Shown: piece by piece, positions 41,584 to 51,190 of the stretch | How positions within the stretch are numbered: position 1 is the first letter of the stretch | Layout of the letters: every line of letters begins with the position of its first letter | Assembly (NCBI GenBank): GCA_963804165.1 | Contig: CAWDPO010000016.1 | Span: forward strand, 96,001-160,000 | Direction of reading: 5' to 3' | DNA from: an uncultured delta proteobacterium | Lineage (GTDB): Bacteria > Desulfobacterota > Binatia > UBA9968 | DNA length: 64,000 bases | Program-made: the position numbers and the translations under genes | The notes under the pieces: generated by a model | Seen by the model: the letters and a program-made list of their open reading frames with translations, nothing else | The model's database searches: none | What the model was told of the DNA's origin: nothing

Positions 41584-43695
41584 TTACCCCATCCCGCCAC
41601 GGATGTCGCTAATGGTCTTCAAAATGTCCCCGATAGACTTCATCTCACGGATGTCTCGATGAGAATAGCGCGCTTTGCGCTGCCAATTGGGCCGCTCCTG
41701 CCAAGTGCCGGGAACATTTTGCGGCGCCGTCTCAAGCCAGAGATCTTCCAGGTTGATCAGTAGGAATTCTGCTTCGCCGGGGCGAGAAAGGACAACCAGC
41801 CCGTGAGCACTGCGGCCGGATCGGTGGAATTATCGCGCAGCAACCCGCGCGATCGCAGAAAGGTCACGAGCGTGTCTCGCTGTGCCGCGCGATACTGCTG
41901 CTCATGTTGAGCTTGAATTTCTTCCAGCAAACCCAGCGCGACTCGATCATGGATATCGGCGTCCGTTCCAAAAGCCCATGAACGTCGCGGTGTCATGCGT
42001 GTTGAGGCTCGCCACAGTATTGGCCGGAGCCTGATCGAGCGCCTGCTCAGCGTTCGTATTCACGCCGAAGATGGCCGACGTGCATGCCGAGAATCTTGTG
42101 GCGCGCCATCGCTTCATTGACATAGAACGGCACTGTGCCGAGGTTTTCGCCGACGATTTGCGCCTGATGGCGATGTGACTCCAGGCTCAATATCGCCCAG
42201 TATTCGTGGGCGCGGGATATGAACGTACAAACCCTCCGTGGCGCTGAAACCGTCCGGCACCCAGAAAGCGCGGTGCAAACCCATGACGTGATCGATACGC
42301 AGCATGCCGGCCAAAGCCATATGATGACGCACGCAATGGATGTAGTAGCGGTATCCTTGGCTGCCGAAGCGCTTCGGGATTAACCGGCGGAAAGCCCCAG
42401 TTCTGTCCCTTGACAAACAGTCCATCGGGCGGCGCGCCGCCGTTGGCATTCAGCGCGAATAACTCGCGCTCGCGCCAGACATCGTAACCATCGCGATTCA
42501 CGCCGAGCGGAAAGTCAAGATAAAGCATTGCGTCGTTCTCTTTCGCCTCGTCGCGCAAGCAGCGCTTTTGTTCATCGCACTGCCACTGGACGTAAAGATG
42601 GTACTGATAAGCACTCTCGTCATAGTCATCGGCAATGAGTGTACCGGCGCTGGCGGTGGGCGGCCAATGGAACCAAACTTTTCGTTCGCGCTCGACTTTG
42701 GCGCGAAAGGCGGCGTAGTCCCGCGCCAGGGGATGAGTCGTTACATACTTCTTAAAGCTGGTGCGGCGTTTGAGAAGTTTTCAGCTGAAGAAATTTCAAG
42801 AGCTCTTCGATCACTCGGCGCTTGAGCGCCATGCACTTTCGATAGTCCACCAACGATTGGGCGCGTGCGTCGTCTAAGTCGCGTTGAAACTCGGCGGAAT
42901 TAAATATTGCTTGCGCCGCCGGACACTCGGCGAACTCCGGGAATCTTCGTCACGTCGAGATAAAACTCATTCCAAAAAAGCCGGCTCACCGGGGCATAGG
43001 GACTCGGATTGAACGGTTCCTCCAGGAAACTTGAGAGTAGTCGGCAAGGTGGCGACGGCTTGTCCCCTTAGCTCGCCGATGAAGCCGGCAAATGTCGCGA
43101 GATCGGTAAAATCGCCAGCGCCCCAGTTGCGTGCCGAGCGGAGCGCGTAGAGCGGACAAAAAACGCCCCAGCGCTTGTCATCGGTCTGCGGCGGCGCGTA
43201 CGCTTCGAGCGGCGCCGATATCAGCATAGACTGCAAATGCAGGCTACCCACTCGCAGATGAAGCCGGTGATAACCGAGCGGAATCGGTGTTTGCCAACGA
43301 AGAAACCGAACGACATAGCCCGCGCCTTCCACTTCTTTGAAGACGGGCGCAATCGCGCGAACGTCTTCGCAGCGGCCTTCAAGGCGCTCGCCATTCTCTA
43401 AAATAATCTCCGCGGCGACAGCCTCTTGAGCCAACCGGCTTGGCAGGCGCAACTTAATTTTCAGAGGCTGATTTTGCCAAGCGACGGTGACCGGCTCGAT
43501 GCCGCGTTGCCACTGGGACTGGCGGCGTTCGCGTAGGGAGTTGGGAAGATCCTCGAGGGACCGCACCGGCGCGCCGAGTGAGTTGAGCACACTGAGAACC
43601 GAGTCGGTCGGCGCGGTGCGCAATTGGCCGAAGCCGTCGCGATATCTGGTCTGGATATTATAGAGTCGAGCGACAGTTTGGAGGGGATTGGCCAT
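41584..43695 (-). CDS. malQ: 4-alpha-glucanotransferase (GH77); frameshifted
   Basis: LYALRSARNWGAGDFTDL, SPYAP, LYLDFPLG, GAPPD, GQNWGFPP, RIDHVMGLHR and ENLGTV. Confidence 0.9.
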
Positions 43696-43801
43696 GGGGA
43701 TTGTCCATCTGGGTCATAGTTTAACAAAACGCTACGCCGATTGCGCCGCTCTTGTGAAAAAATGCCGCCGCGCCGCTATAAATGCGCGCGGCCCGTGTAC
43801 G

Positions 43802-43818
43802 AATTTTACGTAAAAATT
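43802..43818. promoter_or_regulatory. AT-rich palindrome upstream of malQ (candidate operator)
   Basis: AATTTTACGTAAAAATT, ~110 bp before the malQ start. Confidence 0.3.
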
Positions 43819-43846
43819 ATTCGGCGGAGCGCGCCGGAGGGCCGCT

Positions 43847-44878
43847 TCAGACGAGGCGCACCCAGGGTTTTTGCAGCGAGGTGGCGTACCCGACTTCGGT
43901 CGCCTGCGCGACACCCGCGTTATGGAGATCCTCGATCAGTTTGGCGGCGTGCCGTTTGGCAACGGCGATGAGCAGGCCGCCGGAAGTTTGCGGATCGAGG
44001 GCGACTTCGACGAGCCCTTCGCGAATCGATTTGTCAATCGTCATCTTATCGTTCAAGTATTCTCTGTTTCGCTTGCAGCCGCCGGTGATGTAGCCCTTTT
44101 CCGCCAAGCTTGCGGCGCGGTGTAAAAGCGGCATCTTCGCCGATTCGATCACCAAAGTGACGCCGCTGCCGCTGGCCATCCCGAGGGCGTGGCCGAGAAT
44201 GCCAAAGCCGGTGACATCGGAGCAGGCGTGAACCGGGTGTTTGCGCGCGACGAGCGACGCCGCGGCATTCAGCGTGGTCATCGACTCCACCGCCTCGGTT
44301 ACGCTCTCTTCCGAAGCTTTGCCTTTTTTTAGCGCGGTGGTGATGATGCCGGTGCCGAGGGGTTTGGTGAGGATCAGCGCGTCGCCTTCCTGGACGCCGA
44401 CGTTGCGAAAGATCTTGTCGGGATGGATGACGCCAGTGACCGCCATGCCGTATTTGATTTCTTCATCGATGATGCTGTGACCGCCGATGATCACCGCGCC
44501 GCTTTCCTTTACCTTGTCGGCGCCGCCCTTGAGGATCTCGCCGAGGATCTCGATATCCATCTTGCCTTTGGGGAAGCAGACGATATTCATGCAGGTCTTG
44601 GGATCGCCGCCCATGGCGTAGACGTCGCTCAGCGAGTTCGCCGCCGAGATCTGGCCAAAGATGTAGGGGTCATCGACGATCGGCGTAAAAAAATCCACCG
44701 TGTTGACGATCGCGAGGTCGGGGCGCAGTCGATACACCCCGGCGTCGTCGCCGGTTTCGGTGCCGACGAGCATGTCGGAATTCTTGAACTTGGGCAGCTC
44801 GTGCAAAACTTGCGCGAGGTCGGCGGGGCCGAGCTTTGCTGCTCAGCCCGCGGCTTTGACCTCTTGCGTCAGCCGCAC
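43847..44878 (-). CDS. selD: Selenide, water dikinase (selenophosphate synthetase), selenocysteine-containing
   Basis: VRLTQEVKAAG-TGA-AAKLGPADLAQVL is in frame with DDAGVY, TVDFFTP, ANSLSDVYAMGG, GGHS, DVTGFG and DPQTSGGL. TGA at 44845-44843. Start is GTG 44878, or ATG ~44903 with an indel. Confidence 0.93.
44798..44818 (-). promoter_or_regulatory. Candidate bacterial SECIS hairpin in selD mRNA
   Basis: CUCG-C-GCAA-GUU-UUGC-A-CGAG, starting ~25 nt after the UGA, with G in the apical loop. Confidence 0.65.
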
Positions 44879-44938
44879 AGCTTTTCTCTTTTCTAAGGAT
44901 CATGATGCGATTACTTTAGTGCGAATCAATGGTTAAAT

Positions 44939-46876
44939 TCAACGCGGCGAGAGCGGCTTTTCACTCGTCGGCGCAGATTTCAATCGGCGGATGTCGCCGA
45001 TGCGAATCGTCAGTCCGTCACGATCGAAGTATTCCAGGAGCGGGATCGTGTACTTGCGGCTGGAGCCGATCAGATCGCGGAAGGATGCCGCGGTCATTTC
45101 GCCTTTCTCAGTTAAATATTCTTTTAATCTTTGCCGCAAGCGTTTCGATGCTGCTCGCCAGAAAATACATGTCGGTGGTGACGCGGACGATCGAGCCGTC
45201 TCGTTCCAGCAGGCGGATCACTTCATTCAAACGCGGGCGCGGCACGCCGGCCTGTTTTTCGATCTCTTTCAGATCCGGAGGCGCCAGCGGCTGTTCGCCG
45301 AGGAGTTTTTTGATTTTGTCCATCAGCGTCTTTTCTTGGCCGCCGAGCTGGACGCGGTGACTGGCAAGGCGCAGCAGGTTGTCTTCCTTGGCGATCAGCT
45401 TTTCTTCGATCATGGTGTCGACGACGAGGCGGAAAATCTTCGGGGACAATTCATAAACCAGCTTGCCGCGCAATTCTTCCATGTCCATCCCGGGCAGGAG
45501 CGGATGACCGGCGTGAAAGTCCTTTAACGATTGGACGATTTGTTCATTGATGCGCCGCCATTTTTGTTCGGTGGTGTAAACTTTTTCGCCTTCGGCGCTC
45601 AAGACGCGCAGCGGTTTCATCGTGTCGATGGCATCGCGCATCGGTTTCTTCCCTGATGTTGAGAAATTGATGAATCGCGTCGATCGGCGCCGCGAACGAT
45701 TCGCTGCCGTCGATAAAGGCTTGCAGTGAGCGTCGCGATGTCGCCGCGGTGCAGCGCTTCCAACCGGTTACTCAGCTCGCGATCGCCCCGTTTGTGGCGT
45801 TTCGCCCAGGGATTGATCACCCGCCCGCCCGCCAAAGTTCGCCGCGCAGTCTCGTCGCGCACGATGAAATGGTCGCCGCGCAAGACCAGCAGCGGCTCGT
45901 TGAGCATGACTTGGCAATAGGCCGATTGTTTGGGCTCGATTTTTTCCGCATTGCCGAGGACGACAATTTTGCCGAGCCGTTCGGCGGTGCCGAGATGAAT
46001 GCGCACTCGCTGATGATTTTTGATGCCCTTGGCCGCCGCCGGCCGGACTTCCAGAAATGCATCGAAGCGGTCCGAAGTCAGCGCCAGCTTCTCGTGGCAG
46101 ATCACCTGACCGCGCTCGATCGAGGCGCGCTCGGGACCGGTGAGATTGATCGCCACCCGCTGTCCCCATACCGCCGCGTCGACGGATTTGCCGTGAACCT
46201 GCAGGCTGCGCACGCGAAAAAGATGATCGCCCGGCAGGCAGCGCACTTGCTCGCCGACTTTGACTTCGCCGCTGAGCGCCGTGCCGGTAACGACGACGCC
46301 ATGTCCTTGCAGGACGAAGGCGCGGTCGACGGGCAGGCGGAAGTAACCGTTCGGCGCGGTTTTGGCGTGGCTTTTTAGAATTTCGGCGATGCGTTCTTTG
46401 AGCTCTGGAATTCCTTGGCCGGTCACCGAAGAAACGGCTATCTTCGGGGAATTTTCCAGCGTCGTGCCGAGAGTTAAAATATCGATCTCTTCCTCGATGT
46501 CGGCGATCCGCGCAGCGGAAACAAGATCCGCTTTGGTGATCACAAAAAGCGCAAGCTTGATGCCGAGCAGATGAACGATGTCCAAATGCTCTTCGGTCTG
46601 CGGCATAACGCCATCATCGGCGGCGACGGTAAACAGCACGAGATCGATGCCGTGAGCGCCGGCGAGCATGTTCTTGATAAAACGCTCGTGGCCCGGCACA
46701 TCGACGATGCCCGCCGAAGTGCCGTCGGGCAAATCGAGATGGGCAAAGCCGAGATCGATGGAGATGCCGCGCTCTTTTTCTTCTTTGAGCCGGTCGGTGT
46801 CCGTGCCGGTGAGCGCCTTGATCAGGCTGGTTTTACCGTGATCGATATGGCCGGCGGTGCCGATGATGTAGGGCAT
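44939..46876 (-). CDS. selB: Selenocysteine-specific elongation factor; frameshifted
   Basis: [32 protein letters not shown] and LPVDRAF; C-terminal WH4 [20 protein letters not shown]. Confidence 0.95.
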
Positions 46877-46986
46877 TTGTCGGTTCAAAGTTTAGTCAAT
46901 TTTCAGGTTTCAGAATCCTTTAGAACCTTGAACGTGAACCATACGTCTCATGCTGCGAAATTTGTCCTGCGAGATCTCGGCCCGAT

Positions 46987-48363
46987 TTAAATTCGGGACC
47001 AGCTCGTCGGGTCGAAGATTGTTCTCAGGTCGAGAAGAAAGCGGTCGTCTTTGATTCTACCGATGATCGGCGGATCGGCAGCGCGGAATTTTTGCGCGAT
47101 GGCGTTGGCGCTGAGTTTTGGATGCGCGACGCTGACGACGACCGTCGGTAGCTCTTCGGTCGGCAGAGCGCCGCTGCCGATCTGCGCCGTTGAGTCTTCG
47201 AGTTGGATCTGGAATTCGGCGCCGAGCGCCGCCTGGAGCTTCGGCAGCAACTGTTCGCCGGTCGCGCGAATTTCTTCGACAGATCGGGTAAAGGCTCGCA
47301 GCGTGGGAATTTCTTCGACGATGTTCGGCGACTGGCGGTAGCGGCGCAAGGTTGCTTCCAGCGCGGCCAATGTCAGCTTGCCGCAGCGCAGCGCGCGCTG
47401 CAGATGATTCTTGTTCATCCTGCCGATCAAATCTTTTTTGCCGACGATCAGGCCCGCTTGCGGGCCGCCGAGGATCTTATCGCCGCTAAACGTCACGATG
47501 CTCGCGCCGGCTTGAATTCTTTCCGCGACGATCGGTTCCTTCGGCAGGCCGTACCGGCTTAAATCGATAAAAGCGCCGCTGCCGAGATCTTCCATCACCG
47601 GCAGGTTGTGCTTTTTGCCGATGGCGACGAGCTCTTCCAACGTCACTTCGGCGGTGAAGCCGACCACTTTATAATTGCTCGTGTGGACCTTAAGCAGCAA
47701 CGCGGTTTTTTCATTGATGGCATTCTCATAATCCACCGGGTGGGTGCGATTGGTTGCCCCGACTTCACGCAGCACGGCGCCGCTTTTTGCCATGATCTCA
47801 GGAATGCGAAAAGCGCCGCCGATCTCGATCAGCTCGCCGCGAGAAACGATCACTTCTTTGCCTTCGGCCAACGTGTTCAAACCGAGCAATACCGCGGCGG
47901 CATTATTATTGACCACCGTCGCGCCTTGGGCGCCGGTAAGATCCGTCAATAGCTTTTCGAGCGTCTCCTCGCGCTTGCCGCGTTTGCCGGCGGCGAGATC
48001 GTATTCCAGATTGATCGGATGATCGGCGACCTCGAGCATGGCGTCGATTGCCGCGCGCGGTAGCAGGGCGCGTCCTAAATTTGTGTGCAGTAGGGTGCCG
48101 GTGGCGTTGACGACTCGAATATGTCCCGGTTGGCCGTCGATCAAAATCGCGCTTTCGATCCGTTCGATGATCGCATCGTCATTCAGGTCGACTACGCCGC
48201 CGCCGCGCCTGATCTCAGTGCGCAGACGTTCGAGGGCGGCGCGGCTTTGCTCCGTGACATATTCCCGATTGTAACGCGCCAGCAATGCTTCGCAGCGCGG
48301 ATGCTTGAGCAGACGATCGATGGATGGAAGTTCGCGCAAAAGAGTGGCGGTCTGATCGGCCAT
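46987..48363 (-). CDS. selA: L-seryl-tRNA(Sec) selenium transferase
   Basis: LRELPSID, VVNATGTLLHTNLGRA, VVNNNAAA, SRGELIEIGG, EDLGSG and FSGDKILGGPQAG. Confidence 0.97.
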   Translation of the reverse strand: MADQTATLLRELPSIDRLLKHPRCEALLARYNREYVTEQSRAALERLRTEIRRGGGVVDLNDDAIIERIESAILIDGQPGHIRVVNATGTLLHTNLGRALLPRAAIDAMLEVADHPINLEYDLAAGKRGKREETLEKLLTDLTGAQGATVVNNNAAAVLLGLNTLAEGKEVIVSRGELIEIGGAFRIPEIMAKSGAVLREVGATNRTHPVDYENAINEKTALLLKVHTSNYKVVGFTAEVTLEELVAIGKKHNLPVMEDLGSGAFIDLSRYGLPKEPIVAERIQAGASIVTFSGDKILGGPQAGLIVGKKDLIGRMNKNHLQRALRCGKLTLAALEATLRRYRQSPNIVEEIPTLRAFTRSVEEIRATGEQLLPKLQAALGAEFQIQLEDSTAQIGSGALPTEELPTVVVSVAHPKLSANAIAQKFRAADPPIIGRIKDDRFLLDLRTIFDPTSWSRI

Positions 48364-48516
48364 GGGAAAAATCAGATTTACACAGGGAGGAAACAAATTC
48401 AACATGACTTTTGCGTGGAGAATCGGTGCGCCGTTTGTCGTTTGCGCATGTTTGACAAGCGCCATCGGCTTCCATAGAGTTCTGCGCGAGACAGGCGCTC
48501 GCGCAACCGAACCGAG

Positions 48517-48882
48517 ATGGATCATCCCGCCGAAACAAAAACTGTTTCTCAACGCAAAGATCCTCGCACAACGGTCATCGAATTATTGCGCAGCCGCAAC
48601 AAACAAGCGCGCTTCATGACCGAATTGCGGGCTTCGCTGGCGCGTTACGGGATCGGCACGGAAGAAGGCGATCGCGCTTTAGCGGCGCTGGAGTCCGAAC
48701 GAGTCGTGATGATCCGCGAGCATTTTTGCGCCGATCCGCATCTGACCGGCGTCGATCTGCGCGTCGTCGCGCTGGTGGAGAGCGTCGATGGAGCCGATCC
48801 GCAGATGAGCGCGATTCGCCTGATCGACGAAGCCTGGAACAAGTGGCTGAGCGAGTATCTCGCCAACCACCGGTGCGGCTAG
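48517..48882 (+). CDS. Hypothetical protein with HFCADPH and C-terminal HRCG, divergent from selA
   Basis: 121-aa ORF with GC-rich third codon positions, filling the gap between selA and the hydantoinase operon. Confidence 0.7.
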   Translation: MDHPAETKTVSQRKDPRTTVIELLRSRNKQARFMTELRASLARYGIGTEEGDRALAALESERVVMIREHFCADPHLTGVDLRVVALVESVDGADPQMSAIRLIDEAWNKWLSEYLANHRCG

Positions 48883-48901
48883 CGCGGCGTGTGCGCCGCG
48901 C

Positions 48902-49030
48902 GTTCAAATAGTTCAAAGCGTTCAAGACGTTCAAATCGTCTGTAGAATTCAAGTCGTTTACTGCGCCATTCAAGAACAGGTTTTGTGATCTAACGGCTTG
49001 AACGTTTTGAACGACTGGAACGGTTTGAAC
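48902..49030. repeat. 9-bp-period GTTCAA tandem repeats followed by inverted TTGAAC copies
   Basis: GTTCAA at 48902, 48911, 48920 and 48929; TTGAAC-like at 48998, 49007, 49016 and 49025. Confidence 0.8.
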
Positions 49031-49071
49031 TCAGAGGCGGTGGAGGGTGGATAACAAAGGGGGGTAAAGAA

Positions 49072-51129
49072 TTGCGCGTAGCAGTTGACATCGGCGGCAC
49101 ATTTACCGACGTGGTCGTGTTTGACGAAGCGATGAGTTCGCTGGCGTTGGCGAAGGCGCTATCGACGCCGGCGGAGTTGGCGCGTGGAGTGTTGGAAGGT
49201 TTGACCAAGGCTGCCGTTCGCTTCGCCGACGTGTCGACCTTGATTCACGGTTCCACGGTGGTGGTCAATGCGATCATCGAGCGCAATGGCGCCAAGACCG
49301 CGCTGGTGACGACCAAAGGTTTCCGCGACGTCTACGAGATCGGCCGAATCAATCGCCCCGAGTCGTTCAACCCGCGTTTTCGCAAGCATCGCCCGCTGGT
49401 GCCGCGCGAGGATATTTTTGAAGTTACCGAGCGCCGGCTCGCCGACGGCTCGGTGCGCACGCCGTTCGACGAACAGGAAGCACGCGAGGTCGCGCGCATG
49501 ATCAAGGAAGAAGGATTCGAAGCCGTGGCGGTGCTGTTTCTTCATTCTTACCGCGCGCCCGAGCATGAGATCCGCATGTGCGAGATCCTGCGCGAAACCG
49601 ATGCAAATTTATTTTTAAGCGCGTCCCATGAGCTGTCGCGCGAGTATCGTGAATACGAGCGCACGTCGACCGTTGCGGCCAACGCCTACGTCGGGCCCAA
49701 AGTAAGCCAATACTTGGGTGATCTCGAACGACGGCTGCGCGATAACAAATTCCGCGGCAATCTTATGATCATGCAGTCCAACGGCGGCCTGTCCGATGTC
49801 GACATGGCGCGGCGCCAGTGTATTCAAATGATGGAGTCGGGACCGGCCGGCGGCGTGGTCGGCACCATGGCGCTTTGTGAATTGCTCGACCTCGACGCCG
49901 CGATCGCTTTCGACATGGGCGGGACTACGGCAAAAGCGTGCGTGATCCGGCGCGGTGAACCGAGCCTTTCGCCGGATTATTTCATCGGTGGCTACAACGA
50001 AGGGCTCGCGGTGCGTATTCCTGTTCTCGACATCGTCGAAGTCGGCACCGGCGGCGGCAGCATCGCGTGGCTCGACGAAGGCGGTGGGTTGCACGTCGGT
50101 CCGCGCAGCGCCGGCGCGGAACCCGGGCCCGCGAGTTACGGTCGCGGCGGCAGCGAACCGACGGTCACAGACGCGAACGTCATCCTCGGCCGACTCTCGC
50201 CCGAGCGCTTTCTCGGCGGCGAAATGCGCTTGGATCGAAGCGCCGCGGAAAAAGCGCTACGCGAACGGGTTGCGCAAACGCTCAACGTAAATCTCGAACG
50301 CGCCGCCGCGGGCATGCTGCAAGTCGCCACCTCGGCGATGGCTAACGCGGTGCGTCACGTGACCCTCGAGCGCGGCCTCGACCCGCGCGATTTTACGCTG
50401 GTCGCTTACGGCGGCGGCGGGCCGCTGCATGCCGCATCGGTGGCGAAGGAATTGTCGATCGGGAAAATCATTATCCCGAGCGCGCCGGGACATTTTTCCG
50501 CGGTCGGCATGCTGATGGCCGATCTGCGCCGCGACTACGTGCAGACGCTCTTCGAACGCATGGACGATCTGGAGATGGTCCAACTGGAAGATCAGTTCAA
50601 GAAACTCGAAGACGAAGGGCGGGCGGCGCTCGAGGCGTCGGGCATTTCGACGGACCGGATCGTCTTCGAGCGCGCCGCCGACATGCGCTATGTCGGTCAG
50701 GAACACGCGGTGGCGGTGCGCATGCCGGCCGAGGTCGGCGATGAAACCGCGCGCGCCGAGATCAAGCGGCTTTTTGACGAGGCGCATGAGCTGCGCTACA
50801 GCCACAGCGCGCCGGAAGAATCCGCCGACATCGTGAGCTTGCGCGTCTCCGCGATCGGGCGGCTCGGCAAACCGCAGTTTGGCCAAGTCGCTGCCGGTGA
50901 AGAAACGCCGCCGGCAAATGCCCGGCGCGGAACCCGCATGGTTATCTTCGAAGGTACTGGGGCTGTCGAGGCGCCGGTCTACGATCGAACCCAGCTGCTG
51001 CATAGCAATGTGATCTCCGGTCCGGCGATCATCGAAGAGGCGGCGTCAACGACAGTGGTCGAGCCCGGCGACACGGTGACGGTGAATGCGTACGGGCATC
51101 TGATTATGCAGCTCGGAAGCGCGCAGTAA
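49072..51129 (+). CDS. Hydantoinase/5-oxoprolinase subunit A family (ATP-binding)
   Basis: VDIGGTFTD, IHGSTV, REYERTST, ESGPAGG, FDMGGTT, GTGGGS, SAGAEPGPA and RYVGQEH. Confidence 0.95.
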   Translation: MRVAVDIGGTFTDVVVFDEAMSSLALAKALSTPAELARGVLEGLTKAAVRFADVSTLIHGSTVVVNAIIERNGAKTALVTTKGFRDVYEIGRINRPESFNPRFRKHRPLVPREDIFEVTERRLADGSVRTPFDEQEAREVARMIKEEGFEAVAVLFLHSYRAPEHEIRMCEILRETDANLFLSASHELSREYREYERTSTVAANAYVGPKVSQYLGDLERRLRDNKFRGNLMIMQSNGGLSDVDMARRQCIQMMESGPAGGVVGTMALCELLDLDAAIAFDMGGTTAKACVIRRGEPSLSPDYFIGGYNEGLAVRIPVLDIVEVGTGGGSIAWLDEGGGLHVGPRSAGAEPGPASYGRGGSEPTVTDANVILGRLSPERFLGGEMRLDRSAAEKALRERVAQTLNVNLERAAAGMLQVATSAMANAVRHVTLERGLDPRDFTLVAYGGGGPLHAASVAKELSIGKIIIPSAPGHFSAVGMLMADLRRDYVQTLFERMDDLEMVQLEDQFKKLEDEGRAALEASGISTDRIVFERAADMRYVGQEHAVAVRMPAEVGDETARAEIKRLFDEAHELRYSHSAPEESADIVSLRVSAIGRLGKPQFGQVAAGEETPPANARRGTRMVIFEGTGAVEAPVYDRTQLLHSNVISGPAIIEEAASTTVVEPGDTVTVNAYGHLIMQLGSAQ

Positions 51130-51138
51130 GCGCGCGCC

Positions 51139-51180
51139 GTTCAAGCCGTTCAAAAGGTTCAAATCGTTCAAGCCGTGTAA
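51139..51180 (+). repeat. 9-bp-period GTTCAA tandem repeat
   Basis: GTTCAA at 51139, 51148, 51157 and 51166. Confidence 0.75.
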
Positions 51181-51190
51181 AACCGAAGAT

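Noticed and set aside
48902-49030. Possible CRISPR array or LexA boxes
   Set aside because: Units are 9 bp with no unique spacers, there are no cas genes, and the spacing does not fit known LexA motifs.
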